Shown here: positions 37,991 through 47,298 of the stretch, in pieces | How positions within the stretch are numbered: position 1 is the stretch's first letter | How the letters are laid out: every line of letters begins with the position of its first letter | DNA from: Candidatus Poribacteria bacterium | Lineage (GTDB): Bacteria > Poribacteria > WGA-4E > WGA-3G | Length of the DNA: 64,000 nucleotides | Assembly (NCBI GenBank): GCA_965242965.1 | Contig: OZ251518.1 | Location: 3,584,001-3,648,000, forward strand | Reading direction: 5' to 3' | Program-made: the position numbers and the translations under genes | The notes under the pieces: generated by a model | What the model was told of the DNA's origin: nothing | The model's input: only the letters and a program-made list of their open reading frames with translations | Databases searched by the model: none

Positions 37991-38002
37991 TTAAGGAATT
38001 CC

Positions 38003-41000
38003 ATGAATTTTGAAAACATCGCCAACACCTATTGGCGAAACATTCAGCAAACTCAAGGTGAAGTTGATGCCACCGCAGAACTCTCGCTGCATACGCATCT
38101 CAAGACGTTTTTGGAGCAAGCGGCGACGCACTTAGGTTACGCTGCCCATATCACGCACGAACCTCGTCAGATGGAAATAGGCAGGCCCGATTTCGTTGTG
38201 AAAGTGCAGAATGGCGGGGTTCTCGGATATATTGAAGCGGAAGCACCCGACAAAAATTTGGATGCCCTCACAGGCCACGCCCAAGCGCAAAACGCGCGGT
38301 TCATCAAAAACCTTGATAACTTCCTCCTCACCAATTTCGTTGATTTTCGGCTGTATACGGATGGCACCTTGCGCGCAACCGCAGAGGTAAGAAGCGCGAA
38401 CAGCATCGCAACTTTGCTCGACCGGTTTTTGGGCGCGCAGCCGATGCACATTGAGACACCGGCGGTGCTTGCGAAACACCTCGCGCGGCGCACACGCGAA
38501 CTCCAAACCCAAATTGCTGCCACCCTTAAAGACGAAGGCAGTGATGTCTATCGGATGTTCGACGCGTTCAAGGCAACCCTCCTCACAACGCTGTCCCCCG
38601 ATGATTTCGCCGATATGTATGCACAGACGCTGGCGTATGGCCTCTTCGCCGCCCGATGCACGCTTCCGAATGCCACACATTTCTCGCGGTTGACTGCCGC
38701 CAACGCGCTGCCGCGTTCCAACCCGTTTTTGCGGCAGCTCTTCCACCTCGTGGCATCCCCAACCCTTGCGGAGAACGTCACTTATGTTTTGGACGAAATC
38801 GCCGTGCTGCTTCAAAACGTTTCTACGGCAATGCTCCGCACAGCGTTTACGACGAAGACGCATAGCGAAGACCCGGTTATTCATTTCTATGAAACCTTTC
38901 TCGCAGCGTATGCACCACAGCGGCGCGTGGAACGCGGTGTCTATTACACGCCGCCGCAGGTTATCTCCTACATCGTCCGTTCCGTGGATACCCTTCTCAA
39001 GACGCAACTCAAAAAACGAGATGGGCTCGCCGATGACGATACCCTCATTCTGGACCCGGCCACTGGCACCGGTGGCTTTCTCGTGGCAGTATTGTCCCAC
39101 ATTCGTGAATACGTGACTGAGACATACGGTTCCGGTGAATGGACTCGGTATGTGAACGCGGAACTCGTCCGGCGACTTTTCGGGTTTGAACTGCTCGTCG
39201 CTCCGTATACCATCGCGCATCTGAAGATGAGTCTTTTCCTGCAAACGCAAGGCTGGCAGGCAGATGAACGGCTCCGCATTTATCTCACGAATACGCTGGA
39301 GGAACCGGTTGAGAAGGAGAGTTACGCCTTTGCGGGGTTCATCTCCGATGAATCGAACGCGGCGGTTTCAGTCAAGCGAGACGCGCCCATCCTCGCCATC
39401 GTCGGCAATCCGCCCTATACGGAGGCATCACCTAACCCAAGTCGTGTTGAGGGGGAGCTCACCTTTATCGGAAGGCTTATTGAAAATTACAAAAAAATTG
39501 ATGGCGAGCGTTTGAAGACAAAGGGCGCGCTTCAGGCGGATTACGTGAAGTTTATCCGCTGGGCGCAGTGGAAAATCAAACAAGCTGGTGAAGGTGTGAT
39601 GGGCTATGTCGTCAGCAACGGGTTTCTCAACGGCACCGACTTTCGCGGCATGCGGCAGAGTTTGATGAACAGTTTCAACGCGCTCTATCTTTTCAATCTG
39701 CACGGAAGTAGCATCATCAAGGAGGCTATTCCGGAAGGAAAGAAGAACGAGAATGTCTTTAACATCCAGCAGGGCGTAGCGATTCTGCTGTGTGTCAAGA
39801 CGCGCGATAACGCCGATGTGGCAAAAGTCTTTTATGCGGATTTGTGGGGGAGTCGCGCAGAAAAATACCAAACGCTGGAGGAGAGTGATGTCCAAAGCAC
39901 GCAGTGGACAGAACTTCAGCCAACCTCACCGGGCTATCTGTTTGTGCCGCAGGATACGGAACGACGCGCAGCATACGAGGAAGGATGGAAGGTTACCGAT
40001 ATTTTTCACGTGCATTCAGCCGGGATTATCACGGCTCGGGATAAATTCACGATTCATCGCACGCCGGAGGCGGTGCGCGATACCGTCACCGATTTTGTGT
40101 TACTCTCTGCGGAAGATGCACGGGCTAAATATCAATTGCGCCGCGATACCACATCTTGGCAAATCGCGGCTGCCCAAGCTGATCTACAGAACCACCCCGA
40201 TATTGATAACCACATTGTGTCTGTCCGCTACCGTCCGTTTGATACGCGGTTTACCTACTACACAGGAAAGGCACAGGGATTCCACAACACGCCATCGCGT
40301 AAGACGATGAGGCATCTGTTGATGGATAACCTTGCCCTTTGCGTCTGTTTTGGCGTGACGAGCCCGGCATGGAAGCATGTTTTCATCACCGATCGGATTA
40401 TCGTGAATGGCGGTCTCTCAAGTCGTAGTAGCGAAGGGGCACATGTGTTCCCGCTTTATCTCTATCCAACGCCAGAAACGTTGGAACTTACTTCGGAACG
40501 TTTACCCAACCTCAAGCCGGAGTTTCTTGACGCACTCTCCGAGAAACTGGGAACTGCGCAAATAACACCTGAGGACATCCTTGGCTATCTCTACGCCGTT
40601 TTGCATAGTCCCGCTTATCGCGAACGCTATTACGATTTCCTGAAATACGACTTTCCGCGCATCCCCTTGCCGAAGGATCTCGCGCACTTCCGAAAGATGG
40701 CGGATTTGGGACAAGCGTTAATCAACTGGCACCTCGGTAGAAGTGACATCCCGCCTCGCCATCGGTTTGAGGGGGAAGGTGAGGGAATCGTCTCCAAAAT
40801 CCGTTACGAAGATGGCAACATTTGGATTAATCAGACGCAGCATTTCACAGATGTCCCGATAGACGTGTGGGAGTTTGAGGTGGGCGCGTATCAGGTATGC
40901 GAGAAGTGGCTTAAGGATAGACGTGGTGAGACGTTGAGCCGCGCGGAGGTGCAACACTATCGGGGCATTTTAGTTGCAATCGCGGAGACGCTCGGTATTA

Positions 41001-41029
41001 TGTCTGAATTAGATGCGGGTGTTTCCTAA
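38003..41029 (+). CDS. single-chain restriction-modification enzyme (type IIG / type ISP-like: REase domain, gamma-class N6-MTase, specificity domain)
   Basis: AAGGA RBS; RPDF...IEAE, GVYYTP, LDPATGTGGF, GNPPY, YRPFD, FPLYLY, DFPRIP, KWLKDR. Confidence 0.87.
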   Translation: MNFENIANTYWRNIQQTQGEVDATAELSLHTHLKTFLEQAATHLGYAAHITHEPRQMEIGRPDFVVKVQNGGVLGYIEAEAPDKNLDALTGHAQAQNARFIKNLDNFLLTNFVDFRLYTDGTLRATAEVRSANSIATLLDRFLGAQPMHIETPAVLAKHLARRTRELQTQIAATLKDEGSDVYRMFDAFKATLLTTLSPDDFADMYAQTLAYGLFAARCTLPNATHFSRLTAANALPRSNPFLRQLFHLVASPTLAENVTYVLDEIAVLLQNVSTAMLRTAFTTKTHSEDPVIHFYETFLAAYAPQRRVERGVYYTPPQVISYIVRSVDTLLKTQLKKRDGLADDDTLILDPATGTGGFLVAVLSHIREYVTETYGSGEWTRYVNAELVRRLFGFELLVAPYTIAHLKMSLFLQTQGWQADERLRIYLTNTLEEPVEKESYAFAGFISDESNAAVSVKRDAPILAIVGNPPYTEASPNPSRVEGELTFIGRLIENYKKIDGERLKTKGALQADYVKFIRWAQWKIKQAGEGVMGYVVSNGFLNGTDFRGMRQSLMNSFNALYLFNLHGSSIIKEAIPEGKKNENVFNIQQGVAILLCVKTRDNADVAKVFYADLWGSRAEKYQTLEESDVQSTQWTELQPTSPGYLFVPQDTERRAAYEEGWKVTDIFHVHSAGIITARDKFTIHRTPEAVRDTVTDFVLLSAEDARAKYQLRRDTTSWQIAAAQADLQNHPDIDNHIVSVRYRPFDTRFTYYTGKAQGFHNTPSRKTMRHLLMDNLALCVCFGVTSPAWKHVFITDRIIVNGGLSSRSSEGAHVFPLYLYPTPETLELTSERLPNLKPEFLDALSEKLGTAQITPEDILGYLYAVLHSPAYRERYYDFLKYDFPRIPLPKDLAHFRKMADLGQALINWHLGRSDIPPRHRFEGEGEGIVSKIRYEDGNIWINQTQHFTDVPIDVWEFEVGAYQVCEKWLKDRRGETLSRAEVQHYRGILVAIAETLGIMSELDAGVS

Positions 41030-41047
41030 CTCAAGAAACCGTCCGGT

Positions 41048-42245
41048 TACCGTAGCGCGGGGGCCCTCGGATGCCACACGCGCATCCGAGCGGGTTTCCC
41101 CCGCGGTCGTCCCGTAGGCGAGACCTCCTGGTCTCGATGCAATCGGGCGGCGCGCCTCCCGGGGCCGCGGCGGCGGAAGGTCCCTTTCATCGTAGGGCGA
41201 GGGCCCTCGGATGCCACCCGCGCAGGCGAGCGGGTTTCCCTCGCCATGCCGTGATCGCGGGGGACAGGCCCCCGCGCTACGGTAAAAAAACGTCACTTCA
41301 CCGTAGGGCGAGGGCCTGTCCCTCGCCATCGTTCCCGCTACGAAAAACCGGTTCTTAGGTCCGTAGGACCTTAATGTCTATAGCATGCACGCCTGCGAAG
41401 AATCTTAAGGTCCTTTAGGTCCTTAATAGTTTTTACCATGCGGCGCGCGTTTTTTATTAAGGACCTAAAGGACCTTGACTTGGGTCGACACGTTTTTCTA
41501 TAGACATTAAGGACCTAAAGGACCTAAAACGCCACATCGTGACGATGACGCTCGCGGGGGAAACCCTCTCGGATGCGCGTATGGCATCCGAGGCCCCCGC
41601 GCTACGGGAAAAAACGGTACTTCACCGTAGGGCGAGGGCCTGTCCCTCGCCATCGTTCACGCTCCGGAAAAACCGTCTCTTGTTCTCTTAGGTCCGTAGG
41701 ACCTTAATGTCTATAGCACGCTCGCCTGCGAAGAATCTTAAGGTCCTTTAGGTCCTTAATAGTTTTCGACATGCCGCGCGTTTTTTATTAAGGTCCTACA
41801 GACCTTGCCTTGGGCTGACACGTTTTTCTATAGACATTCAGATCCTACGGACCTAAGACGCTGCGTAGGAAAAAACGGCATCCGGCCCCGTAGGGCGAGG
41901 GCCTGTCCCTCGCCATCGTCCGCGGCCTCCAACGATCGCGGGGGACAGGCCCCCGCGCTACGAAAAAACCGGTTCTTAGGTCCGTAGGACCTTAATGTCT
42001 ATAGCATGCTTGTCTGCGCAGAATCTTAAGGTCCTTTAGGTCCTTAATAGTTTTTACCATGCGGCGCGTTTTTTTTATTAAGGACCTAAAGGACCTTGAT
42101 AGAGGCCGGCACGTATTTCTATAGACATTAAGGACCTAAAGGACCTAAAAACATAACTTGACGATAGGCAACGCGGGGGACAGGCCCCCGCGCTACGCTA
42201 AAAATAACGCCTTCCTTTCCTCGTAGGCCCCCGCGCTACGGGAAA
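41048..42245. repeat. 1.2-kb repeat cluster with three nested inverted-repeat elements (41355-41529, 41688-41856, 41976-42150)
   Basis: TAGGTCCGTAGGACCTTAATGTCTATAG...CTATAGACATTAAGGACCTAAAGGACCTA units interleaved with REP pairs. Confidence 0.92.
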
Positions 42246-42265
42246 ATTGAGGCCCGAGGTTTCGC

Positions 42266-42682
42266 CTACCGATGTTCTTCGTCGTAAATGAGGAATTCGA
42301 TGATGGGTTCCGCAGTTTTCGGGGTTAAGCCAGAGCCCGGTTTCCGCATCATTTTATAGACATAGGTCCGCCATTCCGCCGGCTCAAAGTCCGAGTTAAT
42401 CGGGCGCGCCAGGGTATGACACCGGCTGCACTTACGTTCAAACCCCTTGTAGGCATCCTGCATTTGCTGCGGATAGGCGGAAACGTCAATGAAGTTGGTG
42501 CCTTTATCGGCGGGATAAGTTTTCTGCACGGCGCGCGGGGCACGCAGTGCGACAATCATGCCGATGCCTACCAGCACGATGACACCGAGGACGACTATCC
42601 AAACGATTGCGCGTTGCATCTGCATGGTGATTCTCGTTTGTCCGGGCGGCTGTCTCTCGCCACCCGGCGGGATGTCAGACAA
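42266..42682 (-). CDS. membrane-anchored monohaem cytochrome c
   Basis: N-terminal TM helix, CSRCH, distal KMMRKP. Confidence 0.8.
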   Translation of the reverse strand: MSDIPPGGERQPPGQTRITMQMQRAIVWIVVLGVIVLVGIGMIVALRAPRAVQKTYPADKGTNFIDVSAYPQQMQDAYKGFERKCSRCHTLARPINSDFEPAEWRTYVYKMMRKPGSGLTPKTAEPIIEFLIYDEEHR

Positions 42683-44513
42683 TTTCTTTCACCTTCTGCA
42701 CAATTGCGTTGGCACTGATTCCATGCCGTTCGAGGAGCTCCTCTGGTTTACCGGAACGTGGCATCCCAGTGACTGCGAGTTTGTGGACGCGAATGCCTTC
42801 CGTTGCGACAGCATCTAGCACTGCATCACCGAGTCCGCCTTCTGGATAATGGTCTTCGGCAGTGATGAGGGTTCCGTTCGTCTCTGCTGCTGCCGTGCGG
42901 AGTGCGGCTGCGTCAATCGGCTTGAGAGAATAAACATCTATCACGCGGATGTGAATCCCTTCCTCGCGTAGCGCGTCATGCGCTTTCAAGGCTTCGTGCA
43001 ATGTTACGCCTGCGGCGACGACGGTAACGCTGTCGTTCTCATTTTTGCGGACTACCTTGCTGCCGCCGATGGGGAACTGCTCCTCGTTTGCATAGACGAT
43101 TGGCGTTTGCGGGCGCGAGGTGCGGATGTAAACGATGCCTTCGTATGCGGCAGCTTCGGCGACGAGGCGTTCGGCGGCTACAGCGTCGCTGGGATACAGC
43201 ACCACAGCCCCCGGAATCGCGCGGAACATGGCGATGTCCTCTAACCCCATCTGCGAGGGGCCATCTTCGCCGATGGAGATGCCGCAGTGTGAACCGACGT
43301 ATTTAATGTTCGCCTGCGAGATAGCGGACATCCGCACCTGGTCATAGGCTCGTGACAGGAATGCAGCGAACGTTGAGACAAACGGAATTTTCCCGCGCTT
43401 CGCCAATCCGATGCCCGCGCCGACGAGATTCTGCTCGGCGATGAACATCTCGAAATACCGATTTGGATAGCGTTCCATGAACTGTTCAGCGTAGGTGGAG
43501 TTTTTGGTATCGCCATCTAGTGCGACAACGTTAGGGTTCGCCGCGCCGAGTTTAGCGAGTCCGGTGCCGTAGCCGCCGCGCGTCGCGACTTCTTCGTCGG
43601 GTTGATAGGCGGGTGCCTCAGCAGGCTTGGCAAGCGCGCGGACCGGGGCATCAAAAGCGGTTGGCGATGCAATCTGGGGTGTGTCGTCTGTGAGCGGCCC
43701 GAGTTCCGCCAACGCTTTGTCCAATTCTTCGCCTTTGGGGACAGCCTTCCCGTGCCAGTTGTCAGCGTTTTCAAGGGCTGAAACGCCTTTGCCCTTGAAC
43801 GTCTTGGCGACAATCATCGTCGGTTTATCGGTTGAAGCTTTTGCCTGGGCGAGCGCGGGCAAGATGTCGTCAAAATCGTGCCCATCGATGCCGATGGCGT
43901 TCCACCCGAACGCTTCAAACCGATGGCAGTAAGTCTCAATATCGAATCCGTACATCGTTCGCTGGCTTTGCCCGAGCGCGTTGACATCGACAATCCCGAT
44001 GAGATTGTTGAGGCTGTAATGCGATGCCAGTGCCGCCGCTTCCCAGACGCTCCCCTCCGCAATCTCACCATCGCCGAGGAGGACATAGACGCGGTAGTCA
44101 GATTTGTCAAGGTATTTGCCATTGAGTGCCATGCCGAGCCCGAGGGACAATCCTTGTCCGAGTGAACCTGTTGCGACTTCCGTCCAGTCAAACCTCGGTG
44201 TTGGATGTCCTTCAAGGATGCTGTCAATTTGGCGCAGCGTGAGCAACGCTTCGGTTTCGATGATGCCTGCTTCGGCATAGGCGGCGTAAAGCAGCGGCGC
44301 GGCGTGCCCTTTGGATAAGATGAACCTATCGTTGTTCGGATGCTTTGCGTCGTTCGGTTCATAGCGCATTGCATGAAAAAAGAGCGCGGAGACGATGTCC
44401 GCCGCGGAGAGGCACGTCGTCGGGTGCCCAGAGCCTGCCTCCGATGTGGAGACGAGCGAGTGGATGCGTAGATTATTCGCTTTCTGTGTCAAAAAATGTT
44501 TCAGGTTTTCCAC
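42675..44513 (-). CDS. tkt: transketolase
   Basis: SGHPT, LSKGHA, EGHPTP, GSLGQG, GDGE, IAEQN, GEDGPSQ. Confidence 0.95.
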   Translation of the reverse strand: MENLKHFLTQKANNLRIHSLVSTSEAGSGHPTTCLSAADIVSALFFHAMRYEPNDAKHPNNDRFILSKGHAAPLLYAAYAEAGIIETEALLTLRQIDSILEGHPTPRFDWTEVATGSLGQGLSLGLGMALNGKYLDKSDYRVYVLLGDGEIAEGSVWEAAALASHYSLNNLIGIVDVNALGQSQRTMYGFDIETYCHRFEAFGWNAIGIDGHDFDDILPALAQAKASTDKPTMIVAKTFKGKGVSALENADNWHGKAVPKGEELDKALAELGPLTDDTPQIASPTAFDAPVRALAKPAEAPAYQPDEEVATRGGYGTGLAKLGAANPNVVALDGDTKNSTYAEQFMERYPNRYFEMFIAEQNLVGAGIGLAKRGKIPFVSTFAAFLSRAYDQVRMSAISQANIKYVGSHCGISIGEDGPSQMGLEDIAMFRAIPGAVVLYPSDAVAAERLVAEAAAYEGIVYIRTSRPQTPIVYANEEQFPIGGSKVVRKNENDSVTVVAAGVTLHEALKAHDALREEGIHIRVIDVYSLKPIDAAALRTAAAETNGTLITAEDHYPEGGLGDAVLDAVATEGIRVHKLAVTGMPRSGKPEELLERHGISANAIVQKVKEIV

Positions 44514-44602
44514 AAATGGTGTTCCTATGGCTGTGTCAGGCGGGCTGCGGCGCGGGCGCGTGTCACTGCGCCTGCGGTTCGCGCCGCGTCCCCCTAATCA
44601 AA

Positions 44603-45220
44603 TCAGAAGTTTCTCGCGTGTGATGCGCCTCGTGCTTTCAACGTTTCAAGTCGGCGTTGCGCGGCTACCACGAGGTAATGCCCGCGCCCGGCTTGTGCGA
44701 AGAGTTCGATGAGCGATTCAAGAACCGCTGAGGCATCCTCAAACGCCTCGGTCTTGACGTAGGATTCCGCCTGCCAATACATCGATTTTGCGATAGTTTC
44801 GTTCGGCCCATGTACCCCGCGTTCCCGTTCATTGACGATGGCATCTTGGAATTTCCCGATAGCCGATTCGTAATTTTTCTCATCGAAGTAAGCATCAACC
44901 GCCGCGGTGTAGGCGAGGTTCTTTTCTTCATACGGACGGAACTGCTCGATAACGGGGAGAGGTGGCTCGTCCTCTATGTCCTCAAAGTAGTCTTCGTCCT
45001 CGAATTCGTCCACGATTTCGTCGTCTTCGTATTCGTCGTCATCGTAGGGGTACTCGATTTCGTCCTCGTCCTCGTCCTCTTCGTCCTCGACATCCTCATC
45101 CAAGTCAATGGAAGGGTCAAAGATTAGTTCAAGAGGCACCGGTTTTTCCTCGTCGTCGGATTTGCGTGGTGCTTTGGCGTTCTTGGCGGATTTGATGAGT
45201 TCATCAAGGTTGAGTGCCAT
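44603..45220 (-). CDS. acidic low-complexity protein with C-terminal TPR (BamD/CpoB-like) helices
   Basis: AAGGAG RBS; D/E-rich tract; YESAIGKF...AKSMYWQAESY...AQRRL. Confidence 0.7.
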   Translation of the reverse strand: MALNLDELIKSAKNAKAPRKSDDEEKPVPLELIFDPSIDLDEDVEDEEDEDEDEIEYPYDDDEYEDDEIVDEFEDEDYFEDIEDEPPLPVIEQFRPYEEKNLAYTAAVDAYFDEKNYESAIGKFQDAIVNERERGVHGPNETIAKSMYWQAESYVKTEAFEDASAVLESLIELFAQAGRGHYLVVAAQRRLETLKARGASHARNF

Positions 45221-45259
45221 GTGAGTTCTTTCTCCTTGGCGCGTTCTATCGCGCTCAGT

Positions 45260-46036
45260 TTGCGGGCGAGGGCCCTCGGATGCCATCCGCGCATGCGAGC
45301 GGGTTTCCCTCGCCGTGTGTTTTGCTGTCAGACTGCGTTACCTCTGTAGTTCAGGAGCGCCTGCTCCTGACCCGTTTGTGATCAGGCGATCACAAACTAC
45401 AGCGGTGGGCTCGATGCGCCGTCCCCTCACCGTAGGGCGAGGGCCTGTCCCTCGCCATGTGTTTTGCTGTCAGACTGCGTTACCTCTGTAGGTCAGGAGC
45501 ACCTGCTCCTGACCTGTTTGTGATCAGGCGATCACAAACTACAGAGGTGGGTCCGATGCGCCGTTCCCTCACCGTAGGGCGAGGGCCTGTCCCTCGCCAT
45601 GCGTTTTGCTGTCAGACTGCGTCACCTCTGTAGTTCAGGAGCGCCTGCTCCTGACCTGTTTGTGATCAGGCGATCACAAACTACAGAGGGGGCCGATGCG
45701 CCGTTCCCTCACCGTAGGGCGAGGGCCTGTCCCTCGCCATGCCTCGCTCGAGCGGGAAACGGCTTTGGCTGGCGTGCGTTTTTCGCGCAGATCGTGCGCT
45801 CGCGGGGGACAGGCCCCCGCGCTACGATAAAAAAACGTCTCTTAGGTCCGTAGGACTTAAAACGCTATCTCTTGCCGCTGGCGATCGCGGGGGACAGGCC
45901 CCCGCGCTACGGTAAACGAGGGCCTGTCCCTCGCCAAGCCGGGAGCAATGACATCGAGCCCCGAGGTCTCTCCTACCGGAACATTGAGCCCCGAGGTCTC
46001 GCCTACGGGGGTGCATCGCGATATGAAACACCCTCA
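45260..46036. repeat. REP cluster with a 142-bp tandem unit x3 and a MITE-like terminus
   Basis: GACTGCG recurs at 45331, 45473 and 45615; ends ATGAAACACCCTC. Confidence 0.9.
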
Positions 46037-46038
46037 AA

Positions 46039-46836
46039 TTAATACTTGACTTTCACGTCGGCCCAGGTGGTAGTCGTTTTGTCGGCAGGATCGACTGCCA
46101 ACACGGCGAAGTAGAGTCCATCATTCATGAGTTTCTGGATATCCTCTTCCGCCAAGGCGACATCGAAGATGGCGACTTCGTCGATAATCACTTCGCCAAA
46201 TCGTCCATCGCAGCAGGTATCTCTACCGATGAAAACGGGGCCATCATCCGCATCAATGGGATTCTTGGTGAGATCCATCGCGCTCTCCTCTTTCCCATCA
46301 ATATAGATAAACCACTCCCCAGTTTTGCTATCGTAGGTTGTGGTATACATGTGCCACTCGGTAATATCATCGGGGCCGACTTCGCCATCGCGCCAGCCGC
46401 CCGGTTTATTCCAGCACCCGCCGTTGCAAATCGGCCAGGAGACGTTTTTGGTGCCCTGGTTCGGATGGATAATATAGGCATCCCGTTTCTCCACGAGAAA
46501 GCCGTGCTGAGTCCAAGTGTCGGTGAGGCTCTTTGCCCAGATAGTGACGGTTATCGCATCCGTTGGGCTATCATGTTCTGGGATTTGAACGTAGGCACCT
46601 GAGCCATCGAGTTCAAGGCCTTCGCCGAATTTGCCTTGCACCCATTTCGGCTTGCCTTCAAACTCGCCATCGAGTCCGTTCCCGGACGCATCGCTCGCGA
46701 CTTTGCCGTTGCCTTCATCAAACAGCCAGAGGCCGACGACGGTATCCGGATCGATCGCGGCGGATACGTCAAAGCCTGCGCCTACAAAAAGGATACCGAT
46801 GCAGACGAGGACTACGCTTTTAACGCTGAAGTTCAT
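46039..46836 (-). CDS. secreted LamG-domain protein with C-terminal TW tail
   Basis: LWLFDEG, GKFGEGL, EWHMYTTTYD, IIDEVAIF, tail AVDPADKTTTTWADVK. Confidence 0.88.
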   Translation of the reverse strand: MNFSVKSVVLVCIGILFVGAGFDVSAAIDPDTVVGLWLFDEGNGKVASDASGNGLDGEFEGKPKWVQGKFGEGLELDGSGAYVQIPEHDSPTDAITVTIWAKSLTDTWTQHGFLVEKRDAYIIHPNQGTKNVSWPICNGGCWNKPGGWRDGEVGPDDITEWHMYTTTYDSKTGEWFIYIDGKEESAMDLTKNPIDADDGPVFIGRDTCCDGRFGEVIIDEVAIFDVALAEEDIQKLMNDGLYFAVLAVDPADKTTTTWADVKVKY

Positions 46837-46898
46837 ATTGATTTACCTCCTGTTTGCACTTACAAATAGAAACATGCCATGAAATATTCAATAACATT

Positions 46899-46965
46899 AT
46901 GATAACAAATTTATGAAAATATGTCAAGAAAAAAAGTTGACTGCAAATCGAATTTTGTCTATAAT
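46899..46965. promoter_or_regulatory. divergent sigma70 promoters
   Basis: Minus strand: TTGACA (46927-46922), 17 nt, TATCAT. Plus strand: TTGACT (46937), 17 nt, TATAAT (46960-46965). Confidence 0.7.
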
Positions 46966-46970
46966 GAATG

Positions 46971-47230
46971 AGGGTGTTTCATAAATCGCCCAACGTCGCG
47001 GTGAAACCCGCTCGGATGCGCGTGTGGCATCCGAGGGCCCCGCGCTACGGTGAAAAAAACGCCGCCCCTTCACCGTAGGGCGAGGGCCTGTCCCTCGCCA
47101 GCGTTCACGCGCCAGGCCTGTAGGTCAAGATCGCCTGATCTTGACCCGTTCGGGATCGGGCGATCCCGAACTACAGAGGTGGGCCCGATGCGCCCTCCCC
47201 TCAAGGGTGGATAAATTTATGAAACACCCT
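46971..47230. mobile_element. MITE-like element with perfect 16-bp terminal inverted repeats carrying REP palindromes
   Basis: AGGGTGTTTCATAAAT (46971-46986) and ATTTATGAAACACCCT (47215-47230); no transposase ORF. Confidence 0.75.
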
Positions 47231-47298
47231 GATAATAAATAGGAAAGACATGAAACGTTTGGAAAGGAGCAGATTTGCCCTACTTTTCAGGAAAGGCT

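Noticed and set aside
37775-38002. N-terminal extension of the R-M enzyme ORF
   Set aside because: It is repeat-derived; an RBS and ATG lie at 38003.
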